From assembly GCF_009914755.1 (NCBI RefSeq), contig NC_060934.1: a DNA stretch of 64,000 bases; one strand, written 5' to 3'. Each line of letters opens with the position of its first letter. Position 1 is the stretch's first letter. Below, piece by piece: positions 1 to 12,945 of this stretch. The stretch comes from the human T2T-CHM13v2.0 reference genome, Homo sapiens. The position numbers were made by a program, and so were the translations under genes. The notes below the pieces were generated by a model. That model did no database searches and was not told the origin of the DNA. It saw nothing but the letters and a program-made list of their open reading frames with translations.

Positions 1-612
1 CCGAAAGATTTCATCATTTCAGAGACTCTATCCATTAAACAATAACTCTCCACTCCCCTCTCCCCTTAGCCCCTGTTATCCTATAGTCTACTTTCTGTCT
101 CTACAAATTTGCCTATTCTAGATACCTTATATAAGTGGAATCACACAATATTTGTCCTTTTGTGTCTGGCTTATTTCACTTAGCATAACATTTTCAAGGT
201 TCATCCACAATGTAGCATGCATCAGAATTTCATTCCATTTCATGACTGAATAATATGCCATTTTATGTATATGCTACATTTTGCTTGTCCATTTATCTCT
301 TGATAGATATTTGGGTCATTTACGTTTGGCTATTGTCCATAATGTTGCTATGCACATTAGTGTGCAAGTGTCTGTCAAAGTCCGTGCTGTTTATTCTTTC
401 AGATATATACCTAGGAAGGGAATTAGTTGGTCATATGGTAATTCTATGTTAAGCTTTTTGAGTTACCACCAAACTGTTTTTCACAAAGCTTGCACCATTT
501 TACACTCCCATTACAAGGGTTCCAATTTCTCCATGTCCTCACTAATTCTTGTTATTTTCTGCTTTTTTTTAATAATAGCCATCGTAATGGTATGAAGTGG
601 TATCTCATTGTA
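1..612 (-). mobile_element. Old LINE-1 3' fragment (L1MB-like), runs off the window start
   Basis: Typical antisense L1M 3'-end text: 'tgtctggcttatttcacttagcataacattttcaaggttcatcc' ... 'gaagtggtatctcattgt'. Confidence 0.85.
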
Positions 613-2721
613 GTAGTGCCATAATTTTGATAGAGTAAGAGAAGCAAGGCATAGAAAATAATACGTATGCTTAGAAATATCATGATTGACTATATCCCAG
701 AAGATATAATGTCTGCTTCCCAGTCCTGAGGTCCAAATAGAGCAAGTTACTTCAACTCAACTGACTGTTCTCCTCTAGTATGTGTGATTGTGAAGCTCCT
801 ATTAAAGAAATCACCCAGGAGACACTGTCTACATATGCATAAGTCATTCAGAACACATGGTGAACCATGGGCCATGTTCCTTGCAGACTGATTTGCCTTC
901 AGCAAATTACAGGTTTGGCACAATTCAGTAAGGCCCAGCATGTAATAGACTCCATTTTTGGAAAAGATAAGCATTACAACCCTTAACTAAGCCTTTTTAT
1001 TTAAAATACATTCTATTTAAAATATAGGCCAATTTATTATTTATTTTTTATCAATTATAAGTTCAAGTTTCTCAAGCTAATATTTTATATAAGGAGTAGG
1101 TAGAGTTTGCCCATTGCTATTATACATGACATATATTTATTTTGTGCAGAAATGAGATGTATTGAGATATATTTATTTTGTGCAGAAATCTATCGGGAAT
1201 AATATATAATATTGTTATTTTTATTGATCTTCCATTAGCTTTTGGTTTGTGCACAAAAAGTTGGTTAAATAAATTCAAAATACCTTTGTCTCCTTCTTGC
1301 CCAACACTCAGCTACTGATGTTTGTATAGCATCTGAAACATAATATTCCATGAGTCACAGAGAGTAGGTGCCCCTTAATCAAATAGGCAAGCTTTTCCAG
1401 TGAGATAAAGCATGACTATGTCCTAACTTTCCTTCATTTTAATTAGTTTCTTATCATCTGATAACACATTGAGATGTATTATGTTTTTAACATTATTATC
1501 TAGGAGAGATCTTACTAGGCAACTTGACATGTTATCTAATTATTACAGAAGAGAAAGACTACGGATTGAGTATACCAAAATGAAAAATAACTTTGTAGAA
1601 AGCAACTAATTTGTACTTAATTCTTATTCAGTAATTTCACACCTTGATCAGTGGTCTTGGCACATGTTTTTCATGAAGGTAATGGGAAATAATGTACCTC
1701 AAAATTAGTCATTCTCTGAATGATATTTTAAATGGTGGAGAAGTCATGTGGATTCACTTGGCTGTGAAATATTCCATGTTAAAGCAATTTTGGCCAGGCT
1801 ACTTAGATCTTTCTGGAATATTGATTGCCTTTTATTTTGTTGGGGTCAGGTGGGGGGAAGCAGATATAAAGATGAATAAAAAACTCAGCTTTGTTCCCAT
1901 GAATGGCTTGAATCCCTTTTTAGAATGTAGGTGAGATATACATCCATGTTAGTCTTCTCAAATTTCACAAAAAGATGTCAACTGATCCTCCAGCTCAGCT
2001 GCCAGTTAAGACACATCATTTCAAATTTAAGTAGCAAGACGAATGTGCCCCAAGCCAGGTAATTGTCAGGAATCGAAAACGTGAATTCTCTTGTGCTCCA
2101 TTTAAACTCTTAGTCAAGAGAAAAATTTTTATAGAGAAGAGCTTCTAGAATAGACAACTTATTTAAACTTCCAGATAAGGGCTTCCCAATTTCTTTTAAC
2201 AGATAAGATAGTAAAATTAGTATTTATTAAACATAAGAATGTTGGTATTTGACAACTGGTGCAGCACTGGCACTAACCATTTCAGATGGTGGCTGCAAAC
2301 AGCCATGTGCTCATATTGGTCCTGCTTTTATTTCTTCTTCACATTGTAAAGTCATGCAGATCCCCTTGCCACACTGTCACCCCATGAGAGTAATTATATT
2401 TTTAATATCTATGGTCAAAGAATGAGAAAATAAACTTCCAGTAGTCCTATATTAAAATTTAATGTATTTTATAACCACAACAGCATCTACTCATATTTGA
2501 ACATTTTTTATATATCAGTGAGTGATACAATTATTTATGGAATAAATGTATGAACACTACTTCTGAAGCTCTTTCAAAAACATCAAGTTTCCTCAGTGAT
2601 TTGTGTACACAGGCTAGGAGTCATAAAATAACCTAAAAAAATTATGTAGTGCAGTCAACAGGTGAAAATCAGAACATCTCGTAGAGCGTGTTGAAACCCG
2701 GTTCATTACATCACACGCCAG

Positions 2722-3646
<925 letters not shown>

Positions 3647-3649
3647 TTT

Positions 3650-3667
3650 TGGTGCATTGGCCAGGAA
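3650..3667 (+). promoter_or_regulatory. Primer-binding site complementary to the tRNA-Gly(GCC) 3' end
   Basis: TGGTGCATTGGCCAGGAA matches TGGTGCATTGGCCGGGAA (reverse complement of the tRNA-Gly 3' end plus CCA) at 17/18, just 3' of the LTR. Confidence 0.88.
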
Positions 3668-4680
3668 TGGGAATTCATTTATCCAAGTGGTGAGTACCAG
3701 AGCAGAGCAAATCTCAATTTCAAATCTGTCCTTTAATCTCAAGGCTGTCTTCCTGCTATCCTGTCACAAAACTTTCCTCCCCTTTGTATCCACAGTCTCC
3801 TACTCTCTCTGTGTGTGTCTAACATGCAGGAATTCTCACAGTTCAGGGAAACAGTTCTATTAGAAAAGATCAGCAATCAAGCAGGCAATAACTTAATAAA
3901 CATCTCCCTCTAGGGTTTCTCTGGGGAGCACATGGCATTTTAAGACAACAGTGCCAACTAGCAGAAATAAAAATCCTCTTTATAAGACACATTGCTGGTT
4001 GTCTGTGGTACATTGCAGCTTCACAACTTTTCCTTTTTGCGTGTTTTCTACTGGAAACTAGCCTCCAGGCAGCTTCTGTGAACAGGAAAGTTTTACCTTT
4101 AGTAGTTTGGAGTAAGATGTCTTCCACAGCCAAATTTTAGTCCTGATACTGTTCCATCGGCAGGAAAATAGCCATTTGGTTCCTATGTTTCTTTATGGCA
4201 CCTATTCTGTCTCTGATTAAGACAGTACTTAATTAGTAAGGGAATCTTAAGACCAGAAGTTAACTGGAGACATTTTTCAGAGGGTTAATGCTGTAGCTTG
4301 AGCCATAATAGCAGGCAATCTAGCACATTATTTCCGTTAAAGGAGCCTTGCCCAAAGGCGACACAGTCTCTCTGGAGATCTGTTTTATGGGGAGCCAGGG
4401 AGATCACATAGGTTTAGAAAGTCAAAGGGAAATCACACAAGGTGAATAAGCTAAGGTTGTGTGGGTAAGCACGGGTAGTCCCATCACTTATTTCATCCAG
4501 TTCCATAGCTTGTAGGACCATGCCTTCAACTATGGGTGGCACATTTAACATGGTGCTGGGATCCAGGAACAAGGGAGGTAAAACAGTTGGAGAACGCTCC
4601 TATGGTCTTCTTCTCCACCTTGGGTCATACGGAAAGGAAGGAGGCTAAGAGAATGCTTTTATTCTCACTTATTTTTCTAG

Positions 4681-5750
4681 ATGGGTAATACATTGTCTTC
4701 AGCTGGCACCCCCCCGGAGTGCACTCTGAGACACTGGAACTTCCTTAACTTCAGAACTTTGAAGAGAAAACTACTCATTTTATTTTGCACAAGGGCATGG
4801 CATTTTTACTAAACCTTTGCAAGCATTGTAAAATCAACACAGCTCTTTCAGCAATCATATCGAGCAGGCCCAGGGAAAATAGTTCCTCAAAGTTAGAAAA
4901 GCAACTTCCAGGGGAACCATCAAAGGATTCCCCTTATTTTGGGCCCCTTCAAGTTCCCTTCTCATTACAGGACCTTAGGCAAAGCCAATTTTCTAAAGAC
5001 CCTGATAGGTATATAAAAACTTTCCAAAATTTACCTCAGGTGTTTAACCTCACATAGAGGGATGTTACACTGCTCCTAAGGCAAACCCTAACAACAGATG
5101 AAAAGCAGGCAGCTCTGCAAGCAGCAAATAATTTCAGAGATGAGCTATGTATCTCCTATAATACACAAAAAGGGAAGAAAGTGGATAGGGAAAGCAAAGA
5201 AACAGCAGAAAAGCCATTCCCAATTGGAAGGGAAGCAGTTCCCCTTGACAACCCTAATTGGGACAACAATAGCTCTGCAGATGAATGAAAATGGAAGCAT
5301 TTTTTAATATGCATTTTACAAGACCTATGGGAAACCAGGGCCAAACCTCTCAATTACTCTAAACTGTCTATAATAGACCAAAAGCCAGATGAAAATCCTG
5401 CAGCCTTTATGGAAAGGCTGAGCAAGGCACTAATAGAGAACACCTCCTTATCCCCTAATTCAGTTGAGGGATAGCTCATCACAGAAGACAAGTTTATTAC
5501 ACAGGCAGCTCCTGATATTAGAAGAAAACTACAGAAGCAAGCTATAGGACCAGATAGCACTTGAGAGAACCTCTTGAAAGTGGCTACTTCAGTCTTTTAT
5601 AATAGGCACCAGGATGAGGCCCCAAAGAAAAAGAGAAAGCTCAAAAGAAGAACAAAGTCTCTGGTAGCAGCTTTGCAGGCTTGCAAAGTCCAGGATCCCC
5701 AAGGAGCATCTGCTAGTTGCTATTGGTGTGGCAGGCAGGACATTTTAAGT
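4681..5750 (+). pseudogene. gag: Retroviral gag remnant (stops and frameshifts)
   Basis: ATG-GGT (Met-Gly) start at 4681; capsid segment 'SKDPDRYIKTFQNL'; MHR 'QKPDENPAAFMERLSKAL' at 5379-5432; 'FITQAAPDIRRKLQK'; start of a zinc knuckle 'CYWCGRQ' near 5718. Confidence 0.88.
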
Positions 5751-6524
5751 AACTGAGTGAGGGCTACTCATCTTACTCAGTCCCACTCCTACCCCACCAG
5801 ATACTTTTTATTATTTCTATCCTTTCCTCTCAAATTCGCTGCCAAATATTAAAACTTCTTTTTAACTCATATTTGCAGGAAGATTTTAATTATACATGGG
5901 ATTAAATTTGTAACATTGCAAATCTTCAAAGGGAAACGTTATATCATGGCAAATAAAGTTTTGAACGGAAATTATTTGCTATGTCACTCTTGTGGGAATT
6001 GTTATAATTGTTATAGTCATGCTACTATTTGCAATAGAACTATACAGTGTGGCACCCACAATATAGAATTCTGGTAGTAAAATTCGAATTGCTGTAACAT
6101 TTTGCCTAATTATTGTCCTTATAACATAAGTAATAATTCCAGGAAAGATTTAGTCAAGGTTGTTTTGCTTATAGTAGGAGTAATAGTTACGGATAAAAAG
6201 CAAGCATGGAAGTTTTACTATCATTAAGTTTAATAGGACTTTTTACTGAAGGTTGGTAATATAATGCACTCTAAGCTATAAAAAGAAGGTTATAAAGAAA
6301 AATATTTTATATAAGAAAAAATTTTTTATGGTAAATACTTGTCCTAAAAGAAAATGACTGCTTGCTTAAAGAATGGATGTTTAGGACAAATCAGAAAGTT
6401 TAAGTATGTTGCAAAAGGGTCTGTGAAAGTCATGAAAAAATGTAATAATTAAAGAAAAGGAATTGCCAAGATTAACACTAAAGTTATTTTAGCCACCCAA
6501 TAACATATTTCTCCCAGTCATAAG

Positions 6525-6870
6525 CCTAACTTATTTCTAATGGCAAGTCAAGGAGGAAATGTATGCTTTTCTCAAGGAAAATGTTACTTTTACGTTTCTG
6601 GTAATGTACAGCAACATCTAGTGGAGGAAAACCAGTATTGCGGTCCATTGGTGTAACTAACAGGTGTCTACCTCTCTGGCCTACCTCCATAGGACCCCCA
6701 CTAAACAATGGTCATCTTAATGCTCGCATTCTAACCTTATAATTTAAACTTTCTTGTAAAATGTATCTCTTTTTGCCTAGAAACAATCAAACTCCAAACA
6801 GTGCTGCGAGCAGAGCCACATGTGGGCCATTCTTTCAAGAACCCTTAGATCAACCTCAGGAGAAGGCCTA
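6525..6870 (+). pseudogene. env: env transmembrane-subunit remnant
   Basis: Frameshifted ISD/CX6CC-like region ('LMASQGG..C....KCYFY') and cytoplasmic-tail-like 'NFLVKCISFCLETIKLQTVLRAEP', upstream of the PPT (aaaagggaaa 6970-6979). Confidence 0.7.
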
Positions 6871-6979
6871 ACTGCTGTCCCCCCACACAATGCCCCTTTT
6901 CAGCAGGAAGTATCCAGAAAAAAGTCATCGTTCAACACCTCCTAACAGCAGTTAGATTTACTTCTCTTTAAAAGGGAAA

Positions 6980-7612
6980 TAATACAGGAGTTATTAAGAA
7001 ATAATTTTAGGCAGCTGGATAGGGTAATAGTTCTCAGTGGAAATTTTTCTTTTAATGGAAACAACCCTCGAAACATTTTGCTTCTAACAGAAAGGTGGCT
7101 TGAAGAGCCAGGCCAGCAAGCTTTGATAGGCAAATGCTGGCGATTAAAAACTAGGTTCATCTGACATGGCCAATATGGCAATTCCCGCCTTCTTCTCCTT
7201 GTCACCAGGTGTGGCAAGTGTTATGGCCACCTGAAAATAACACCATGTGATCAAAACATCATGGTAGGCCACATTTGCATATTAAAGGGCAAAGGTGGGA
7301 GGACCAGGTTTTTCTGGGGCTAGGTAAATGACACACCTGGTCAACCCAATCCCCTGGGCCCTATGCAAATCAAACACTGCCTCCGCCGTCCTTCAATATA
7401 AACAACCACTTTTCCACCACACATGTGGTTCCCTCTCTTGGCTGGGAGCCCCTCTCTCTCTGTCTCTGTGTCTGTATTGGGGGGCTTCTTCCTTCCTTCT
7501 TGCTTATTAAACTCCGCTCCTTAAAACCACTCCATGTGTGTCCATGTCATTTTACCTACATTGGTGTGAGACCAAAAACCCTGGTGTTCCTCCAGTCACT
7601 GGGGCCATATCA
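6980..7612 (+). repeat. 3' LTR
   Basis: Direct repeat of the 5' LTR; ends ...gccatatCA; octamers at 7273-7280 and 7363-7370, TATAAA at 7397-7402, ATTAAA at 7506-7511. Confidence 0.93.
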
Positions 7613-8129
7613 TCAGTCCCCTTAAGTGAAACATTTGACTTTAACTTGTTTTTTCTTCTTGACAAATAATTTGATTTTATTCTGGGGAAGCAGAATTATA
7701 TGATGGAATAAATGAATCATTGACTGCTGGGATATTGAGAGGCAAATATACCTCTTTTGTGTGGCAAGCAAATAATGCTTCATGATATGTATTTTATATC
7801 AACCTCATTCTTAGCTTGATTTTATTTCCTTACTATTGTAGTCCCATGCATTCACTTTATCAACTACTTCTAATGTCATCTCAACGTATTTTGTGTATTT
7901 TTGAAAAGTAATGTAAGTCTTTTTAGAATATAACTATATCAATATACAAAATTAAATGACTGATGCTAATAAGGTAACTAGCAGACACAAGCAAAGGGGA
8001 AAGATCTATGTATTAGTGGATTTCTTATGTACAATCTATGGCCATTTTGAATATTGTGTTAGGATTTATCTGCAAATCCTATAAGATCCTGAGTCACTTA
8101 CAAGGTTGAAAGCAGGTATAGTTTAGCTG

Positions 8130-8260
8130 AGGAAAGTCACTGGAATGAGAGGAAATTCTGCACTTTTAACTTCAATGTGGTTATTATTAACCAGGTGCAT
8201 GACCTTGGCCAAGGCTCCTGAGCATTGGTTTCCCCATTTTAAATGTCAAGGGGTGATCAG
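8130..8260 (+). mobile_element. MIR fragment
   Basis: MIR core-like 'gtgcatgaccttggccaaggctcctgagcattggtttccccattttaaatg'. Confidence 0.55.
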
Positions 8261-8954
8261 TTCAGAAATAAAATCTTAATGTCTTTAGGGGCCTGAAGAC
8301 ATCAGTGAGGAAGTAAATGTGTGAAGTTCTAGGTGTGAGACAGGCCAATTGGGGGCTGTGCGGGGTGGAGAACACCTGCCCCCGCCCCAAGGCATTTCAG
8401 CAGAGTGAGCAGAGTGGGTTAAATTTGTCCATAGGCTGTCGGGTGGGATTTTACCTCCTTTTTCATTTTTATTTTATTTATTTATTTTTCTAATCCTTGG
8501 CCCCAGTGATCCTGCAGGGCTCTGGCTGTTCTGACAGTCTGTGGTGATAACTCCATTGTTCCATGCAGGCCGCCTCTTTCAGCCCAGACAAGTGTGAAGA
8601 ATGAAATGAAATGACAGCCAGAGTGGGAGCTCGAGCAAGGGGATCACCAGCCCAGAGATGGGAGAAACCTTTTAAGAATTCATGGACAGCCTCTGGCACT
8701 GGCACCAGGGCATAGCTGCACATAGCTGGGGAACAACGCAGCTAACAGACTGGCCTGGTGGGTGCTGTGAGGAGCAGGTTGCCCTTTCTGATTCTGACTT
8801 TGGGCTGGCCATAGATCTAAGCAGCAGAATCACAAATAGTGGCAGGTGGTAATAAATAACACTTTCTTGGCTTCCCTTTCTTCCCTCCCCTAGGCCCCTA
8901 GGCATTCAGCCTACTTTATGTTACTTTTACAATTTTCTCATTATATTCTAACCA

Positions 8955-9230
8955 TCACTCAAGTGCAGTTCAAATGCCAGTTCCTCCTGGAAGCCCTACT
9001 TTCTCCTCAGCTGGAGTTCTCCTCTGTGCTCTATCAGTGTTTGGTTGGCATTCATTGAGTGCAGATTGCATTCTACCAGATGCTAGTATTATTATATAGG
9101 GTCTGATTTCCCCTGCTGGAACATAAGGATGTTGAGAGGAGAAACTACGTCTTTCCTGATTTTCTACCTCTCTCCTAGCCTACAACAGTGCATTGCTCAA
9201 AATAGATGGTAGTAAATGTTCAGTAAATAA
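8955..9230 (+). mobile_element. L2 3' fragment
   Basis: 'cagttcaaatgccagttcctcctggaagccc' ... 'cctagcctacaacagtgcattgctcaaaatagatggtagtaaatgtt'. Confidence 0.65.
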
Positions 9231-9264
9231 GGTAGGAAAGCCTAGGGCAGCCAGAAACACAGGC

Positions 9265-9432
9265 TCAGCCTTGGCTGCTGAATATGTTAGCTGTGCAACT
9301 TTGAATGAATTATCAACCTATGGCTCGGAGTTTATCATTAGTTAAGTTCTTTTAAAGGATTGTATGAGAAAATCATGTATGATTCTCAGCATAATAATAT
9401 CTTGTGCCTATTAAGCACTGAATAAAGGTTAA
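9265..9432 (+). mobile_element. MIR fragment
   Basis: 'tagctgtgcaactttgaatgaattatcaacc' ... 'taagcactgaataaagg'. Confidence 0.55.
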
Positions 9433-10517
9433 AAACAATGTTGCTTTGTGTTGAGTTATATGTGCACTGTGACTGCATTCCTGTTTTCACTGTGTGAAAA
9501 ATGAGTTTATGCATGTTGATGCCAAAATGCCAAAGATGGCTTTGTGAGTGATGGCTTTATGGTGGACCAGGAATGCACTGACAAAAATTGGGAAACACAA
9601 ATTCTGCATCTTAGATTTAGAAGGATATGGAGAGACAGTGACTGATGTTGGAAAGCAGTAACTGCAAACTAATTATGAAGAGAGGGCCTGAGGTTAACAG
9701 AGTAAATTTAATTAAGAGGAGCCGTTGTTCTAGCTGTCCAGAATGACATATTTGTTTTTTTGAGAAAAAGAGAGAGAGTCAGAGGTAGAGATTAAGCAAA
9801 AACTGACAAAAATTCAAAGACAGAATCTGCTTGTGGAATCTCTCCCACTAGGGTTGGTGAGGTAGAGGGACACCAGGCAATTCTTATGTGTGGATGGCTG
9901 AGGGTTGAACAACCTACTTGGAAACCTTGGGCTGTACCTGGGTCAGGGGATTCACATTGGGTCTTAGCAGAAGGGGCCAGACATCCTCCAAGCTGAGGGC
10001 AGAGAATCCTCTGTTCTCTGGGAATGAGAAAACCCCTAACTAATCTGTTAAAACATGCCAAGTACAAGTTGGTGACTGAGCTATGCGTGGTGATTCCCAC
10101 CTTTTTCTGGAGCCAGGAATTTCACAATTTCTTATAATTTGCATTGTTGTTCTTGATTTTTAAAACACCCATGATGAATGAACTGATGTTGCATTAATGG
10201 AAGGATTTGAGACTAGATGAAGCTTTATGGAAAGCCCAATAATTAGAAGGTTGCTTGCCGAGCATGGAATTAAACTACCGTATTTCACTAACTCTAAGAC
10301 ATATGTATTCTCACATTTTAACATCTTCAGAATTATGATATGTATTAGACAATGGTTTCTTACTGTTGCTGTTGATCAGGCAGCAATTGAAATGTAGCTC
10401 GTTAAAGTCTGCATATGCATTAAGTCAATAACCTCAGCATCAAAACTTGGAAAATGGGTCAGCGACTTGGGAGAAAATCTCAGAGACAAATGTGGATCAC
10501 TCTTTTAAGACATGTGA

Positions 10518-10815
10518 GAAAAAGATAAGAAAAGTCCAGAATAGGCAAATATATATAGACAGAGAGCAGATAAGTGATTTCTTGGAACCAAAGGGTGAGG
10601 GTTGGGGGATAGGGGAGGTGAGGGTGGGGGAAAGAGAGAAATTTGGAATGACTACTAATGATTAAGGAGCTTCTTTTTTGGGTGATGAAATGTTCTAAAA
10701 TTGATGTATTGGTTGCGCAACTCTATAAAAGAACTAAAAACCACTGGGCTGTACACTTTAAATGGGTGTATTATATGACATGTGAATTATATCTCAATAA
10801 AACTATTTTTATAAG
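10518..10815 (+). mobile_element. L1MB/MC 3' UTR fragment
   Basis: 'gtccagaataggcaaat' ... 'gtacactttaaatgggtg...tgtgaattatatctcaataaa'. Confidence 0.8.
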
Positions 10816-11330
10816 GAAATGTGAACTTACTATGATTATGATGGCTCAGGAGGTGGAAAAGAACGTTAGTGACTCTCAGGCAAAAAGTGGTTAGGAAGAA
10901 TCGGGTTTGTATTGTGAAGAAACTTAGAAATATTTTGAATTTCACTTATATTTTTCAGTTTGTATGTATACATGATAAAAATGCTTAAATCAGTCTCTAT
11001 CATTTGGGAGCCAAGAGGAAACTACGCATGTAGGAGAGAAACATAGAGGAAGTGCTGTGACCTGGGACTGGTAACAGCAAAGCCTTTGCCACTGCTAGGT
11101 GGGAGAGGGAAGATGCTACTAGCAGCCAGAGGGAGAGAGTTGTGAGACAAGGCCTAGGGTGGTAAGTATAAGAGGAGGAGGGCTAGAACTGGTGCATGTG
11201 GCCCCTTGGGCAGGGAGCTGGGGGAATAAATAGCCCCATCTCCTTTTCTCTCTCTCTCAGTCTCTAATCTCTTACTGAGGCTCTCCATTGGTCAAACTCA
11301 GCTGGAAGCCGGAAGTTAGAGTATATAATC

Positions 11331-12945
11331 CATTAGCTCTCAAACTTTTTGGTCATAGGACTCTTTTACACTCTTAAAAATTATTGAGAATCCCAAATGA
11401 CTTTCGTTTTCTTCACTAATATCTACTGATATTTACCACACTGGAAATGAAACCTAAGAAATGAAAATAATTAATTCAATGAAAAATAATAGAAAACCCA
11501 TAGCATATTAATAAAAATGACATATCTCAACAAAAATAGCTACATATTTCAAAAATAGTGAGTAAAGTAGCATTGTTTCATATTTTTGAAAATCATCTTA
11601 ATGTTCAGCTTAATTAAAAACAACTGGATTCTCACATTTTCTTCTGCATTCCAAATACTGTGATATATTGTTTTGGTTGAAGTGTATGAAGAACATCTGT
11701 CCACATACAGGCTTGTGGTTGGAGAAGTAAGGGGTATTTGAAGTACCTTTTTACATAAGTATGAATGTTCTTTTTTAATAATACACCACAACTTAACAAG
11801 TTGTTTCTTAAAGGTTGGGGCAGTGTGGAATCTGAAATTACATCACTGCGTTTTTTTTGTACTTGGTTACATTAAAATCCACTGGTCTATCTTGTATGTT
11901 GAATGTACCTTTTACTTGTGCATGATTTTCTAGCTTCATGCTTTGGTTATTTAACAAATATAGGTTTAGTGAATTATGCACATTTACCACATATTGACAT
12001 ATATGACAATATTAAAAATAACCACATTTGTTTCTATCACTACTGATCTCATCTGAAGAATCTTTAAGCTCTGGGAAGTTGTAACTTCATTGTAGCAGAT
12101 AAAAGTTTTTTAAAAATCTGATGTCTACTTGAAAGCTCAAATTTTATCATTGGCAACAAATATTAATACCATCACTTTTTTTTCTTGAAGTGACAGGCTC
12201 ACTTGCATTATTTTTGAGAAGATGTCTGTCAAATACCTAATTTTGAATACCACTGTTTGTCTGCTAGTCTTCTTTCCAAATGAGAAAAGTAGGTAGTTTA
12301 ACTTGCAGCTCAAACATTCCTGTATGTGCTTTTCTGGGAGGCAACACTCATGCTTTGGTATGCAGCAGAAGTGCTTTATGCATGCTCCCCTTTTGATAAA
12401 TCATTACTTCTGTTTAGAGATGGGGTCTTGCTGTATTGCCCAGGTTGAAGAGCAGTGACTATTCACAACCCATAATAGTGCACTTACAGCCTCCCAAACT
12501 CCTGAGATCAAGTGATCCTCCTGCCTCAGCCTTCTGAGGAGCTGGGACTACAGGTGCATGCTACTGTGCCTGGCTCATATCTCCATTTTGTAAGATGGAA
12601 TATTAAAAAGAGGAACTCCAAGGTTTAAATGGAATAAAATTAATATTGTGTTTGCTGCTTTATCACAGACATCCTTAAATGAAAATTGATTTTTTAAATA
12701 ATTGAGAGTGCTTGGTGAGTGAAAAACATAATGACTGCTAGCACAGTTTAGTTCCCCTGCCTTGATGCCTAAGGCAACAGTAGACAGGCGTTATTCAATT
12801 TTGCTTTTATACCATCAATGCAAATGCCATCACAGCAGAAAAGATGAATAATGTATTCATATTATTATAAAGATAGTTTTGACCTTGTGTACCTCCTGGA
12901 AAAGTCTGGTGGAGGCTCGAGGGTCTGAGGGCCACAGTTTAACTA
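11331..12945. mobile_element. hAT-Charlie DNA transposon (Charlie1a-like)
   Basis: Terminus 'ctctcaaactttttggtcataggactcttttacactcttaaaaattattgag'; opposite terminus 'atagttttgaccttgtgtacctcctg...gggtctgagggccacagttt'. Confidence 0.75.
12413..12575 (-). mobile_element. FAM (fossil Alu monomer)
   Basis: Monomeric and retains the 7SL-like segment 'gcagtgactattcaca...atagtgcacttacagcctc' typical of FAM. Confidence 0.75.

Noticed and set aside
1131-1189. Repeat-spacer-repeat as a CRISPR-like array
   Set aside because: Only two units, a 13-bp spacer, a eukaryotic context and no cas genes
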